This document shows, in pieces, positions 1 through 18,718 of a stretch of 64,000 nt of DNA. Source of the stretch: the human T2T-CHM13v2.0 reference genome, Homo sapiens; the NCBI RefSeq assembly GCF_009914755.1, contig NC_060943.1; one strand, 5' to 3'. The notes beneath the pieces were generated by a model. It searched no databases and was not told the DNA's origin. It worked only from the letters and a program-made list of their open reading frames with translations. Each line of letters begins with the position of its first letter. The first letter of the stretch is position 1. Made by a program: the position numbers and the translations under genes.

Positions 1-586
<586 letters not shown>

Positions 587-1632
587 TCAATGCTGAAGAT
601 ATAACATTGATTTTTTTCATGTGGAGATGACACTTTTTTTCAGGCTTCAAAGCTGAATCTTGCTGAATTTAAAGAGAAATTCTGCTGCTTTAATTTCCTA
701 ATTATCTTGATTTTTTTTCACTTTTTATGTGTATTCTAACTATGTATGCATCACAGCCCTTTTTCTTCTTGCTCTGTTATGGCTACAGTTTTCTCTCTGT
801 TATCTCCATGCCATGTCATTTCACATGGTACTTTGTAGGTTCTGAGGAGAAAGTTGGTACTTTTTAATGCATTGAAAAATTGGTTTTAACTAGAGAGTTT
901 GCTTATCAATATAACTTTTAGATTAATTAAAATAAAAGACATACACTTTCCACAAGAATGTATCAGCATAGAATATATCATATATCAGTAAGAAGAATAT
1001 ATCAGTTAGCATGGTTTTGTTTGTTTATAAAAGAAAAACCTTATTAGATTCTCACACAAAGAGTGAAAAATATAGTGTGCTAAAATATATATCTTAGAAA
1101 TTTTATTTTTGAGCAAGTTGACTGCAAGTGAACAATTTCGAATTTAATTTTATAATATAGCATAACTTATGTTTCTATACAGTATCTTCAACTTTTAAGT
1201 GTGAATGTTAAAGTTGGCAAAATAATAAAATGATCTCTGGATTTGAAATTTGATGTAATTTTTTTTTCATGTTGCTATTACAATTTGGAGGAATTTCTCA
1301 CTTTTTTTCCTAGATTGCAGTTTTTACTCTTTGTCACCTAACTGTAGTCAACTCCCTGGTCATTTTCTCTGGAAAACTTTTGGAGAACATGGCTGCTTTT
1401 GGATTAAAATATTTCCCATTATTTTGCATAAAAAACGAGTTTACTGTGTTCACAGAGTGGCTAGTCATGGGACCATAAGCAACAGCTCCAACTTTTAGTG
1501 TTTTTCATACTGTTACCATCAACAACAGAAACTCCAGGTACCCCATGCTCGAAGTAAAAGCCCTAACGTACATTGGCTCTTCCCATACACTCTGCTGGGT
1601 CCAGAAAATGCTGTTAAATACTAGAGTTTCTA

Positions 1633-1910
1633 AGCTGGGCATGGTGGCTCATGCCTGTAATCCCAGCACTTTGGAAGGCTGAAGTGGGTGGATCACCTGA
1701 GGTCAGGAGTTTGACACCAGCCTGGCCAACATGGCAAAACCCCATCTTTACCAAAAATAGAAAAATTAACTGGGTATGGTGGTGGGCACCTGTACTTGGG
1801 AGGCTGAGGCAGAAGAATCCCTTGAATCCGGGAGGCGGAGGTTGCGTTGAGCCAAGATCGTGCCATTGTACTCCACTCTGTCTCTAAATAAATAAATAAA
1901 ATAAATAAAT
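1633..1910 (+). mobile_element. AluS with (TAAA)n tail
   Basis: Alu consensus match with a small 3' deletion. Confidence 0.9.
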
Positions 1911-2054
1911 ATCAGAGTTCCTATGGTCATGGCTGACAAACTAAGTGACAAAAACTAATTTTGATACTATTCAGCTGTTTATGACAAAGACAGTATTTGA
2001 AACATTGTTATATGTGTGTGTATATATATATACATATGTATATAACATATATAT

Positions 2055-2340
2055 AATTTTTAGACAAGAGTCCTGCTCTGTCACCCAGGCTGAAGTGCAG
2101 TGGCATAGTCTCAGCTTACTAAAACTTCCACATTTCAGGTTCAAGCAATTCTCAAGCCTCAACCTCTCGAGTAGCTGGGATTACAGGTTGGTGGCACCAT
2201 GCCCAGCTACTTTTTCTATTTTTCATAGAGATGGGGTTTCTTCATGTTGGCCAGGCTGGTCTTGAACTCTTGATCTCAAGCGATTCACCCACCTTGGCCT
2301 CCCAAATTGCTGGAATTACAGGTGTGAGCCACTGCACCCA
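2055..2340 (-). mobile_element. Alu
   Basis: Antisense Alu dimer. Confidence 0.88.
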
Positions 2341-2344
2341 TTTA

Positions 2345-2713
2345 ATTATATATATATTATATATATGTAATATAATATATATATTATATATATGTAATAT
2401 AATATATATATTATATATATGTAATATAATATATATGTAATATAATATATATATTATATATATGTAATATAATATATATATTATATATATGTAATATAAT
2501 ATATATATTATATATATGTAATATAATATATATTATATATATTATATATGTAATATAATATATATATTATATATGTAATATAATATATAATATATGTAAT
2601 ATAATATATATTATATATGTAATATAATATATATTATATATGTAATATAATATATATTATATATGTAATATAATATATTATATATATATTATATTTATAT
2701 ATATATATATATA
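2345..2713. repeat. AT-rich 25-27 bp minisatellite (ATATATATTATATATATGTAATATAAT)n
   Basis: Tandem copies read directly; seen as IIYILYICN repeats in the ORF track. Confidence 0.95.
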
Positions 2714-3003
<290 letters not shown>

Positions 3004-3297
3004 TGACAGATAAAATGTGTATTCTGCAATACAATATTTTTAAGTACATATACATTGTCACATGCTTAATTCTAGGTAATTAATGCTTTACCTCATGTAG
3101 TTAACATTTTTGTTGTGAGACCACATAGCATTGTCTTAACATTTTTCAAAACTAGAAATACATTATAATGAACTATAGTCACTGTGCTGTAAAATAAATC
3201 TTCTGGACTTATTCCTCCTATTCAAGTATAATTATATATTTTCTTTCCAACTCCCCATTTCTTCTAAACACGTTGGCATCTGGTATTCACCATTTTA

Positions 3298-3641
<344 letters not shown>

Positions 3642-4059
3642 TTAATCTGTAAGTGATATCATAAGATAGTATTCATTCTGTGCCTGGCTTATTTAATATA
3701 ATGTTCTCCAGGTTAATCCATGTCACTGAAAGTAATAGAATTTTCTTTTTTAAAAGATGAATAGTATTCAATTGTGTATGCCTACCACATTATTTTTATT
3801 TACTCATTAGATGTCAAACTGTTGACTCTATTTTGGCTATTGTGAGGAGTGCTACAAACAACATAGAAGTGCAAATGTTTATTCATCCTGATTTTATTTG
3901 TTGTGGATATATGTCCAGTATTGAAATTCTTGTATTATATGATAGTTTTGATCTTATTTTTTTTGTGAGATCTCTTTTGTTTTTCATAATGGCTGTCCTC
4001 ATTTACATGAAAACCAACAGTGTGCAAGCATCCCCTTTTCTTCACTTCTATGCCAACAC

Positions 4060-4363
<304 letters not shown>

Positions 4364-4566
4364 CACTTTTATTTTTAATAAAAATCATTTTAACAGTAGT
4401 GAGCTGATACCTTGTAGTTTTTTTTTTTTTTTGGCATGCCTTTCTCTGATAACAATTGACATTGAGCATTTTTTAATATATTTGTTGGACATGTATATGT
4501 CTTGAAATATATTTAAGGTTTTTGCTCATTTTTAGTAGTTATTTGTTTTCGTTGTATAGTTATTTG

Positions 4567-5469
<903 letters not shown>

Positions 5470-6444
5470 TTGAGTTTCTTATATATTTTTTATATTAAGC
5501 TCTTGTCGTGTATGATTTGCAAATATTTTGTCTGTTTTTTAGTTGTTTCATTCTGTTTTACCAGATTCTGTGCAGCAGCTTTTTAATTAAAAGTAATCTG
5601 AGTAATCAATTTTTCCTTTGGTTATCTGGGATTTTGATGTTAAATAAAAAAATTCACTGCCCAAATCAATGTTATTATGCTTTCACTCTATATTTTTTGT
5701 ACTAATTTTAGAGTTTCAGGCCTTACATTTAAGAACCTAATTTATTTTGAGTTGATTTTTATATATGGTGTGAGATTAGGGTCTCATTGCTCTGTATGTG
5801 GGTGTAAAGTTTCCTTAACCATTTATTGAAAATACTGTTCTTTCCCTAAGAAATTGTCACCCTTACATTTGTGTAAAATGTGTTTCGTTTCTTCCTTTAA
5901 TGTTCTTTAGATTATAATGTACAGGTCTTTCAACTTTTTGGTTAAATGTATTTCAAAGTATAGTTACTAGATTATTTGTAGATGGGATTGTTTTTAAATT
6001 TCATTTTGATATATTTATTACTGTATAGAAATGCTACTGAATTTTAGATATTGCTTTTGTATTCTGTGAGTTTAATGAATTTGTTTATTATAATAGCTTT
6101 TGGTAAAGTCTTAGGCTTTTCTATACTTAAGATTATGTATAGAAATAAAAGGTTATTAAACAGGGATAATTTAACTTACTTTTTCCAATTTGGATGCCTT
6201 TGGTTTTATTCCCTTCTCTGTTATATTTAGTAAGACTAAAAAAAGTGCACATTCTTGCCTTGTTCTAGCTCTTAGAATAAAATCTTAAACTTTTTTTGTT
6301 TATTTAGTATGTTGTTAGCTGTGCATTTTTTTGTTACATATAGCATTTATCAGCTTGAGGTGCAATGCTGCTATACCTAATTTTTTCAGAGATGTATTAT
6401 GAGGGACTGTTGAATTTTGTCAAACTTTTATTCTGCATCTGTTA

Positions 6445-9110
6445 GTAGAGTTGTGAAATCACAACTAATTCTACATAAATACCAAACATTCTCAGAGACT
6501 TGTACGAACATCTCTGTGCATTCAAAGTACAAAATTTAGAGAAAATAGATAAACTGAATACATACAACTTCCAAGTTTGAATCAGGAATAAACAGAAGTC
6601 TTGAGAGCAAAAATGCATAAAATTGTATAATGAATTAGTAATTAAAAGAAACCCTACCAACCACAAAAAGCCCTGGATCAGATGAATCTGCAGAAAATTT
6701 TACCACGTATGCAAAGATGAGCTGGTCCTAATCATACTGATTGTATTCCAAAAAAAATCATGGTGGGATTCCACCCTAACTTATTACATAAAATTAGTAT
6801 CATGTTGCTCTCAAAATCTAGTGAAGACAGAACAACAAAAACAACTACAGGCCTATATTCCTGGTGAACATAGAAACAAAAATCCTCCATGAAATACTAG
6901 GAAGCTGAGTTCATAAGCAAATAAAGTTACTTTGCCACAGTCATATGAGCTTTATTCTATGAATGCAATAATGTTTCATAATATGCAAGTCAATAAGTGT
7001 AATTCACCATGTGAAGGTAATTTTAAGCAAAAAAGTATATATCACAATATATGCAGAAATAGCATTCAAGAAAATTAAATATTGACTGATGAACATATTC
7101 GCAAAAAACCAGGCATTCAAGAAACATACCTCAAAATAATAAGAGGCATCTATGACAAATCCTCAGCCAACATCATACCGAACAGGAAAAAGCTGGACGC
7201 ATTCTCTCTAAAAATAAAAATAATACAAGAATATTCACTCTAAACCGTCCTATTCAACATGATTCTGGAAGTCCTAGCAAGAGCAATTCAAAAAAGAAAG
7301 AAAAGGAATCCAAATTTTCTGCACTGATGATATAATTCTTTTTCTAGAACCTTTAAGATTAGACCAGAAGACCCCTCTGCCTAATAAAAGACTAAAGCAA
7401 AGTCTTAGGATACAAAATTAATATACAGAAATGAGTAGCATTTCTGTACACCAGTAACATTCAAGCTGAGAAAAAAAAATCAAGAAGAGTTCCATTTACA
7501 GTAGCCACAAAGAAAAAACAATATACATAGAAATGCATTAAAGAAGTAAAATATCTCTACAAGGAGAACGTAAAACACTGCTGAAAAAAACAGAGACAAA
7601 GCAAATAAATGGAAAAGCATTTCATGCTCATGAATTTGAAGAATCAACACTTAAAATGTTCATGCTGCATAAAGCAAGCTACAGATTAAGTCCTTTTTCT
7701 ATCAAACTATCAATGACTTTTTTTAAATAGAATTAAGAAAAGAAGGCTGCATGCAGTGGCTCACGCCTGTAATCCCAGCACTTTGGGAGGCTGAGGTTGG
7801 CGGATCACTTGAGGTAGGAATTTGAGACCAGCCTGGCCAACATGGTGAAACCCTATCTCTAAGAGTTACAAAAAAAAAAAAAAAAAAAAAAAAGACAGGT
7901 ATGGTGGTGCATGCCTGTAATCCTAGCTACTCGGGAGGCTGATGGGAGGATTACTTGAACCCGGGAGACAGAGGTTGCAATAAGCTGAGAATGCCACTGC
8001 ACACTCCAGACTGGATGACAGAGTGAGACTCCTTCTAAAAAAAAAAATTAAAATATATATGGAAGAATAAAAGAATTCAAATAGTCAAAGCAACTTTAGA
8101 TAAAAAGGACAAACCTGGAGACCTTACATTACTTATCTTTAAACTGTACTATAAGCTACAGTAATCAGTATAACATGGTTCTGGTACAAAAATATACATA
8201 TAGAGCAATGGAAAAAAATGAGAGAGCCCTGAAATAAAGCTACACTACTCCAACTTATTATTGAAAAAGTGTACAGAAATAAAGGAAAAATAACTTCCTA
8301 TGCAATAAATGGTAGTGGGAAAACTGGCTAGTCATATGCAGAAGAAAATTGAATCCCTACCTCATATCATAAGAAATATAACAAGATAGATTAATAACTG
8401 TGAGTCTTCAAGCTACAAAAATCCTAGAAGAACATCTAGAAAGTACATTTCTAGACACTGGCCTCTAGAAATAATTTATGACTAACACCTTAAAAGTGAA
8501 TGCAACAAAAATAAAAATTTTAAAATGGCACCTAAGTAAACTAAGGAGCTTTTGCACAGTAAAAAGCTATCAACAAAGTAAACATAGAGCCTACAGTGTG
8601 GAATAAATTATTTGTATACTGCATACCACAAAGGATTAATACATGGAATCTATAAGATTTAATAAGAAAGTAGACAAGTGATGTAAATACTTCTCAAAGG
8701 AAGACATAAAAGCTGCCAATAAACATGCAGAAAATTGCACAAGATCTCTAATCAGAGAGACGGAAAATTTTGGAGAGAAGAAAATCTTTATAAACTGTTG
8801 GTGAAAATGCAAATTCAGCCCCTGTGAAAGTTTCTACATTTTTCAAATAACTAAAGATAGAATTGCCATTTGACCCATTAACCCCTTTTTTGGGTATCTA
8901 CCCGAAGGAAAATATTTTACTAAAATGACACCTGTACTTACATGTTGATTGCAGCACTATTTACAGTGGCAAAAACCTTGAAAAACTATAGGGTATGATG
9001 TACACTATGTGGGCAATGGAATTATTAAATGTGCAAGCCTCAACATCCTGATGTATACAGGTTACAAATCTGCACATGTACCACTTGAATCTAAGATAAA
9101 AATAATAAAA
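6445..9110 (+). mobile_element. Decayed L1 (L1PA/PB-age) ORF2 through 3' end
   Basis: gcatctatgacaaatcctcagccaacatcatac, ctggctagtcatatgcagaag, 3' end acaaatctgcacatgtacc...aataataaaa. Confidence 0.85.
7745..8048 (+). mobile_element. AluS inside L1
   Basis: Dimer with expanded middle A tract. Confidence 0.88.
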
Positions 9111-10183
9111 TGTTTTGTGGTATAATGGCATGTTACATTTCTCCAGTTCTGAATTAGTAGTTGGAATTAGGGGTGAGAGAATTATTTGCCCCTTAGGGCA
9201 TAAGGGTAAATGTTTTTATACCAGGTCTCCCCACACTCTATAAGCTAGCCTCTCTGAAAGCTCTTGGGCTATATAGCTCAAGAAGTGTTTTATTCCCAAG
9301 TATGCAGATAAAATAAAAGACCCTACATCTTTATTTTTTATGTATCAACTGTACATTAGACTATAGAGTTAATTTGTTAGTCTACTCTTTTGGGGGAAAA
9401 ATGGTAAGTGGTTTAATCACATTAAAAATTTTTTTAGAAAATGTGAGGTTGTGAAAATCATGGTTAATTCCTTAATTAGGAAAATAAAACATTTTTCTAA
9501 AAAAATGCATAAAAGTCTAATGTCCATAGCCTAAGAACAATGAAACAGAGACTGTGGTTTATTTAAGACCACACTGCTGCAAATGCTTATTCCATCACAA
9601 GAAATAGAAACAATGGGTCAGAAGGTGTTTTCAGAGTACTTTTCTTAATCTATTGCAGTGTTTAAAGTTTGGTCTTTATTATCTCCTATATAAGTCTGTA
9701 CTTAAAAAGCCATGAATTTTATGTTAATATGCTCACACAAATATTTTTCCTAGAAAAGTACTAGTGTGTTTGCAATGAATGTGTAGCATTTCTGGCCTAC
9801 CTTGTGCTGCTGTGTTTGTGTGAAATTAGAAGACAGGAAATAAAGCAGAGTTGACCATGACATTTCTAGTTTCTACAACCACACCATCTGAAATGTAGTG
9901 TTATGTCAACAATAAATAATGACAGTATTTCAAAATATAGAAACAAATTGATACTTTATATATTTAGTTTTTTATAGTTTATAAAAATTTGTAGTTTCTG
10001 AATTATTATAAATTAAACAACTTGAACATGAAGATACCTAAAAGTTTTATCTAAATGATAGTATTAAAATTGTAATAGCTTATGATTGTGAGTCACAATT
10101 GCCCTATTGGGTTTACTGGAAAGTAGTTATTTATCTTCTAATAGTAGATAGAGAATAGGTTTTTATAATCCTAAGGATACAGA

Positions 10184-10477
10184 TTTTTTTTTTGAGACAA
10201 AGTTTCATTCTTGTTACCCAAGTTGGAGTGCAATGAAACAAATCTTGGCTCACTGCAACCTCTACCTGGCAGCTTCAAGCGATTCTCCTACCTCAGCCTC
10301 CCAAGCAGCTGGGATTACAGGCATGTGCCACCACACCCAGATAATTTTTGTATTTTTACTAGAGACAGGGTTTCACCATGTTGGCCAGGCTGGTCTCAAA
10401 CTCCTGACCTCAGGTGATCTGCCCACCTTGGCCTCCCAAAGTGCTGGGATGACAGGTGTGAGCCACCGTGCCCAGCC
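10184..10477 (-). mobile_element. AluS
   Basis: Antisense dimer. Confidence 0.9.
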
Positions 10478-10575
10478 CAGATCTTTTAAAATTAGTACTG
10501 CTTAGATTTGTACAAAATTCATAGGCTTGCAGTAGCAGAAATTTTAATATTTTTTTCTAATAGAAGAGAAAAAGT

Positions 10576-10908
<333 letters not shown>

Positions 10909-10935
10909 TTAAAAGAAACTTCATATTTGTTCATT

Positions 10936-12529
10936 TTTTTTTTTTTTTATTGATCATTCTTGGGTGTTTCTCGCAGAGAGGGATTTGGCAGGGTCATAGG
11001 ACAATAGTGGAGGGAAGGTCAGCAGACAAACAAGTGAACAAAGGTCTCTGGTTTTCCTAGGCAGAGTGTTTGTGTCCCTGGGTACTTGAGATTAGGGAGT
11101 GGTGATGACTCTCAAGAAGCATGCTGCCTTCAAGCATCTGTTTAACAAAGCACATCTTGCACCGCCCTTAATCCATTTAACCCTGAGTGGACACAGCACA
11201 TGTTTCAGAGAGCACAGGGTTGGGGGTAAGGTCATAGATCAACAGGATCTCAAGGCAGAAGAATTTTTCTTAGTACAGAACAAAATGAAAAGTCTCCCAC
11301 GTCTACTACTTTCTACACAGACACAGCAACCATCCGATTTCTCAATCTTTTCCCCACCTTGCCCCCTTTTCTATTCCACAAAACCGCCATTGTCATCATG
11401 GCCCGTTCTCAATGAGCTGTTGGGTACACCTCCCAGACGGGGTGGTGGCCGGGCAGAGGGGCTCCTCACTGCCCAGTAGGGGCAGCCGGGCAGAGGCGCC
11501 GCCCCTCACCTCCCGGACGGGGCGGCTGGCCGGGCGGGGGGCTGACCTCCCCACCTCCCTCCCGGATGGGGCGGCTGGCCGGGCGGGGGGCTGACCCCCC
11601 ACCTCCCTCCCGGGGGCAGCTGGCCTGGCAGGGGCTGACCCCCCCACCTCCCTCCCAGGCGGGGTGGCTGCCGGGCGGAGACGCTCCTCACTTCCCAGAT
11701 GGGGTGGCAGCCAGGCAGAGGGGATCCTCACTTCTCAGATGGGGCAGTTGCCGGGCGGAGGGGCTCCTCACTTCTCAGACGGGGCGGCCGGGCAGAGACG
11801 ATCCTCACCTCCCAGATGGGGTCACGGCCGGGCCGAGGCGCTCCTCACATCCCAGACGGGGCGGCGGGGCAGAGGCGCTCCCCACATCTCAGACGATGGG
11901 CGGCCGGGCAGAGACGCTCCTCACTTTCCAGATGGGATGGCGGCCGGGCAGAGACGCTCCTCACTTTCCAGACTGGGCAGCCAGGCAGAGGGGCTCCTCA
12001 CATCCCAGACGATGGGCGGCCAGGCAGAGACGCTCCTCACTTCCCAGACGGGGTGGCGGCCGGGCAGAGGCTGCAATCTCCGCACTTTGGGGGGCCAAGG
12101 CAGGCAGCTGGGAGGTGGAGGTTGTAGCCAGCCGAGATCACGCCACTGCACTCCAGCCTGGGCACCATTGAGCACTGAGTTAACGAGACTCCATCTGCAA
12201 TCCCGGCACCTCGGGAGGCCGAGGCTGGCGGATCACTCGCGGTTAGGAGCTGGAGACCAGCCCGGCCAACACAGCGAAACCCCGTCTCCACCAAAAAAAT
12301 ACGAAAACCAGTCAGGCGTGGCAGCGCGCGCCTGCAATCGCAGGCACTGGGCAGGCTGAGGCAGGAGAATCAGGCAGGGAGGTTGCAGTGAGCCGAGATG
12401 GCAGCAGCACAGTCCAGCTTTGGCTCGGCATGAGAGGGAGACCGTGGAAAGGGGAGAAGAGGAGAGAGGAGAGAGGGGAGAGAGGGGACAGGGGACAGGG
12501 GAGAGGGGAGAGGGGAGAGGGGAGAAGGC
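10936..12529 (-). mobile_element. SVA retrotransposon, near full length (SVA_C/D-like)
   Basis: Poly-T, SINE-R (tgatcattcttgggtgtttctcgcag...), GC-rich VNTR (~11430-12065), Alu-like domain, purine head repeat; TSD catatttgttcatt 10922-10935 / cacatttgttcatt 12530-12543. Confidence 0.97.
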
Positions 12530-12755
12530 CACATTTGTTCATTAAATAAGATTTAAAACCACATTTTAAGTGACTGATCAGTAATTCCAATCTATTTCAT
12601 TTTAGTCACTGAAAAAACCCTAATATCCTTTAATTATTCAAAAAATATTCAAAAAAAGTATTCTTATATTTGTGTTTCTGAAACTTTCAGAAACTGTGGA
12701 CCACTTAATGGATGATGACGTACATGGAGACAACAAATTTTCTATATGATAATAG

Positions 12756-13076
<321 letters not shown>

Positions 13077-13339
13077 CTCATCCTAGCTTTTAATTTAAAA
13101 ATTCAAATTATTTCAAAAGTAAAATTAATGGCTTTTTTAAGTCATGAGAGGGATAGATATCATTGTTAGAATCCATTTACCAAAGTGTCTATCTTAGGCT
13201 TCGTAATGAGTACTTTAAACCAAAAATCAAGTTCTACATACTATCTAAGTGTAAAAAGAAGTGGTTTGTAAATTCCTCTTTATTTCTACTAAGTTAGAAA
13301 ATTCAAAGCCAAAATGTTAAGTTAGGAATAAAAACAAGC

Positions 13340-13600
13340 ATTGGATAAGAGTGTGTTGGGTATAATGATTAAGAGTCAAACTCGACATCAAGTGGTTCCT
13401 GATTGCATCTCAGTTCTGCTATTTATGGGCTGTACGACCTGAATGCAGTTTCTTCACCGCTATGTGCTTGATTCTTCAGCTGTACAGTGAGAATAATGGT
13501 GCCTAAATCCTAAGGTTTTGTTAAAATTAGAGCAAGTGATACAAATAATGTCCCAGAAGAGCATCCAACGTATAGCAAGTGTACAGAAATTTTAGCTCTT
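13340..13600 (+). mobile_element. MIR
   Basis: ctcagttctgctatttatgggctgtacgacctg...cagctgtacagtgagaataatggtgcct resembles the MIR core. Confidence 0.6.
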
Positions 13601-13854
13601 ATTTGTCAATTCTGTTAGATTGTGATCAATGTTAAGCCTAAAAACCAGGTGACCACATCAGTGGACTGTAACTTATGTTCATTCTACTCAGTCAGTCTGA
13701 GGCTATATAGTAGTCGAATGTTTCTAATACTATCCTTGGCAAATTCTTATATATTCACATATGTGTGTGTATGTGTTTCCTGAAAATTTTAAGATGAACA
13801 AGCACTTTCTTCTCTGGCCGAATTTCTTAAAGCTTTTTTCTCTCTTTGGTTTTA

Positions 13855-14930
<1,076 letters not shown>

Positions 14931-15039
14931 TTTTAAAAAATTAATTTAAATATATATTTATTATTGGTTGAAAAACTTGTGTTATGAAAGGATATTTCTG
15001 TGTTAAGCATGTATTAATGTAATTCAGCACTAAATATTA

Positions 15040-15470
<431 letters not shown>

Positions 15471-15681
15471 TGAATCCAGAAAAGTTATGCAGGTAGTTTC
15501 TTGTAGGTTAACATAAAAGAACAATTAGCAAAAACATATGAAATGGGGTAAAATTAATCAAAACCACATCTTTCCAATAAGCGGTAATAATTGCTGTGCT
15601 TTTTTAAATGGCTAGATTACTAACAATATGCAAACACAAGACTTTGGCTTTGCTCAATTATTAAGTTTTTGAACATTTTGA

Positions 15682-16016
<335 letters not shown>

Positions 16017-17530
16017 AAAGATTTTAAAAAGAATATTTTTGAGGTGGCTTTTTAGGGTTTCCATGGTAATACAAGAAGAATTTTAATAGGCAGGAAAATG
16101 CATTCTACATACACACATTGCACTTCTCTGATTTGCTTTAACATTGAAAGATTAAAGATTGCAAATCTAGTTTCTCAGTTTAGAGTAAATTAACAAAAGA
16201 TTTATTTTTCAGCTGGCAAATAATTGTATAAAACTAATGGATAATAGATGCCATTAGCTGTCAAAAAATAGCATGACTAGATTCAGTAAGTATCTAGCCA
16301 TGCAAATGACAATCCAATAAAATTAAAACCCTAATTGGTTCATGTGGAAAGCATTGATGTGCAGTGTCGTGCACCTCCACTCAGCACCTCCTTGGGCCTG
16401 TTTACAGAGATACCAATTTCTCCTTCGTGACTAAGGGTGAATACTGGAAACAGAGTGCTGTGTTCAGAGTTATTACTGGGAACATGGTTAACACATTTCT
16501 TTCATATTATAAAGACATTTTATGAATGTTACTCTGCATCACAAAACCTTTTAGTAAAAGATTGTTTATTTAAGTACTTAATTTGGATTTATAAAAAATG
16601 TCAATATTCTGGGTAAGTCACAAACACTTAAATCTCAATCAAATTTTATAAAACATATTTGAATAAGATAAAGTTTTCTTAGACAAGAATTGTATTTTAT
16701 TACTAAATTTAGAGACAAATAGAAAACCAGTACTTTGGGCCAAATAACAGTGTTTGGCACAGAAGTACTCCCAAACAAGTGCTCTCCATCATCACCGTTA
16801 AAGTAGCAATGGCACCACGTGCTTTCCTGAAACCAGCTGGACTGTTTTCCACTGATAAAAAGTGGAGAGGACATTGAAATAATGAAGGAAGCTGATATAA
16901 ATGGAATACTTATATAAAATAAAAGTAAATACAAGTGAAATACTTATATGAAATACTTTTAAAATAAAAAGTAGCATTTGATGTTTATGACTGTAGATGA
17001 AACTGTTAGTATGAGATCCTCATATTTTTACTTCTCTTGACAGGATAACTTGATTCACAATGTTCTTATTTCAAATAATATTTTTTCTGCTAGATATTTG
17101 CAAGCTTTCAGTCACATAGTACCTGAGCTCAACAGAAATCAACAAAAGAAATATTTTACCACAAGCATTTTATTATTGATGCACATGCTTATTTTACTTA
17201 AAATACATTAGCTTTTGGTGAAAGATTATACTTTTTTTTCAGTGTGTTTTTTATTGTCCTTCCAGGAAACTGCTATTCTCAGCTCTACCTGCATTGACTA
17301 ATAGTGAGTAAAAGTTATGTTTGGGTAAGAAGCAAATGTGTCTTGTCTGCATCTCTTTTTTCATTTGTTGGCTGAAGAAAGTATAATGCAGATAGAAGAT
17401 TAAAGAAAATAAAATCCCTGAAAGATTATTTAGAAGTCCTCTTAACCGGAAAAAAAAAAAGCCCTCAAGGAATTGTGATATAAGTAGAAAATATATTATC
17501 TTGCTAAGCCTCTAAAATTTCAGCATAAAA

Positions 17531-17882
<352 letters not shown>

Positions 17883-18034
17883 TCAGAATATGATTCAATT
17901 TCTTGGTGAATCAAAACTGAGAGGAGAATAACTTATTTGTTAAGGTAAAAAATGTAGGGAATACTCACTGCTTATGGCCAACATCTTCTCCACCCCCAGG
18001 CCCAGGCAATCATCATTCTATGCTCTGCTGTTAT

Positions 18035-18666
18035 TGATACAGGAGCACAAAAGAAATTATTTAGGCAAATTGTGAGGATAAGAGAGCCCTTGGCAAAGCT
18101 TCCCTTTTAACAAGAAGCAGCCCCCAACTGACTTTTTTTCAACAAAGAGTAGCCTGTAAAATCCAGCTGCAAATATAGATAAGCAAGCTAGAAGCTTGCA
18201 TGGGTGAATGTCAGCAGCTGTGCCAATGGGAAAAGGCTACCTGAGGCCAAGCATTTTCAACATGGAGGCACCATATTCCCTTTTTTGTGAATCACGTGTA
18301 TAAAGGAACAGGAAACATGGCACTGGCCAGGTAAAACACCCATCTGTATAGTAGAAAATTAAAGTGGGGTGGCCAGCTTCTTCATGCACTATGTAAATGG
18401 TACACCTTGTCTGACCAATCTTTTGGGCCCTATGTATATGAAACATCACCTCCTCAAGCTCATCTGTAAAACTCCATGCATTTCACCACAGAACTGGAAG
18501 ACCTGCTCGAGAGCCCCTCTCTCTCTGAAGGAGACAGAGGTTTTATTTTTCTTTTGCCTATTAAACCTCTGCTCTTAAACTCACTCCTCATGTGTTTGCA
18601 TTCTTAATTTTATTGCTGTGAGGCAATGAACCTCAGGTATTACCCCAGGTGAATGACACTGCTTCA
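18035..18666 (+). mobile_element. ERV1 5' LTR (MER61/LTR9-like)
   Basis: TG...CA ends (tgatacaggag...cactgcttca), ATTAAA signal, followed directly by a PBS. Confidence 0.85.
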
Positions 18667-18669
18667 TTG

Positions 18670-18687
18670 TGGGGGCTTGTCCAGGAT
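18670..18687 (+). promoter_or_regulatory. tRNA-Pro primer binding site
   Basis: tgggggcttgtccaggat versus TGGGGGCTCGTCCGGGAT: 16/18, both mismatches are CpG decay. Confidence 0.85.
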
Positions 18688-18718
18688 TATAGGAAGGGTA
18701 AGTATAAAAGCAAATGCT

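Noticed and set aside
11099-12590. Overlapping 100-231 aa ORFs
   Set aside because: Stop-poor GC-rich SVA VNTR and Alu-like domain
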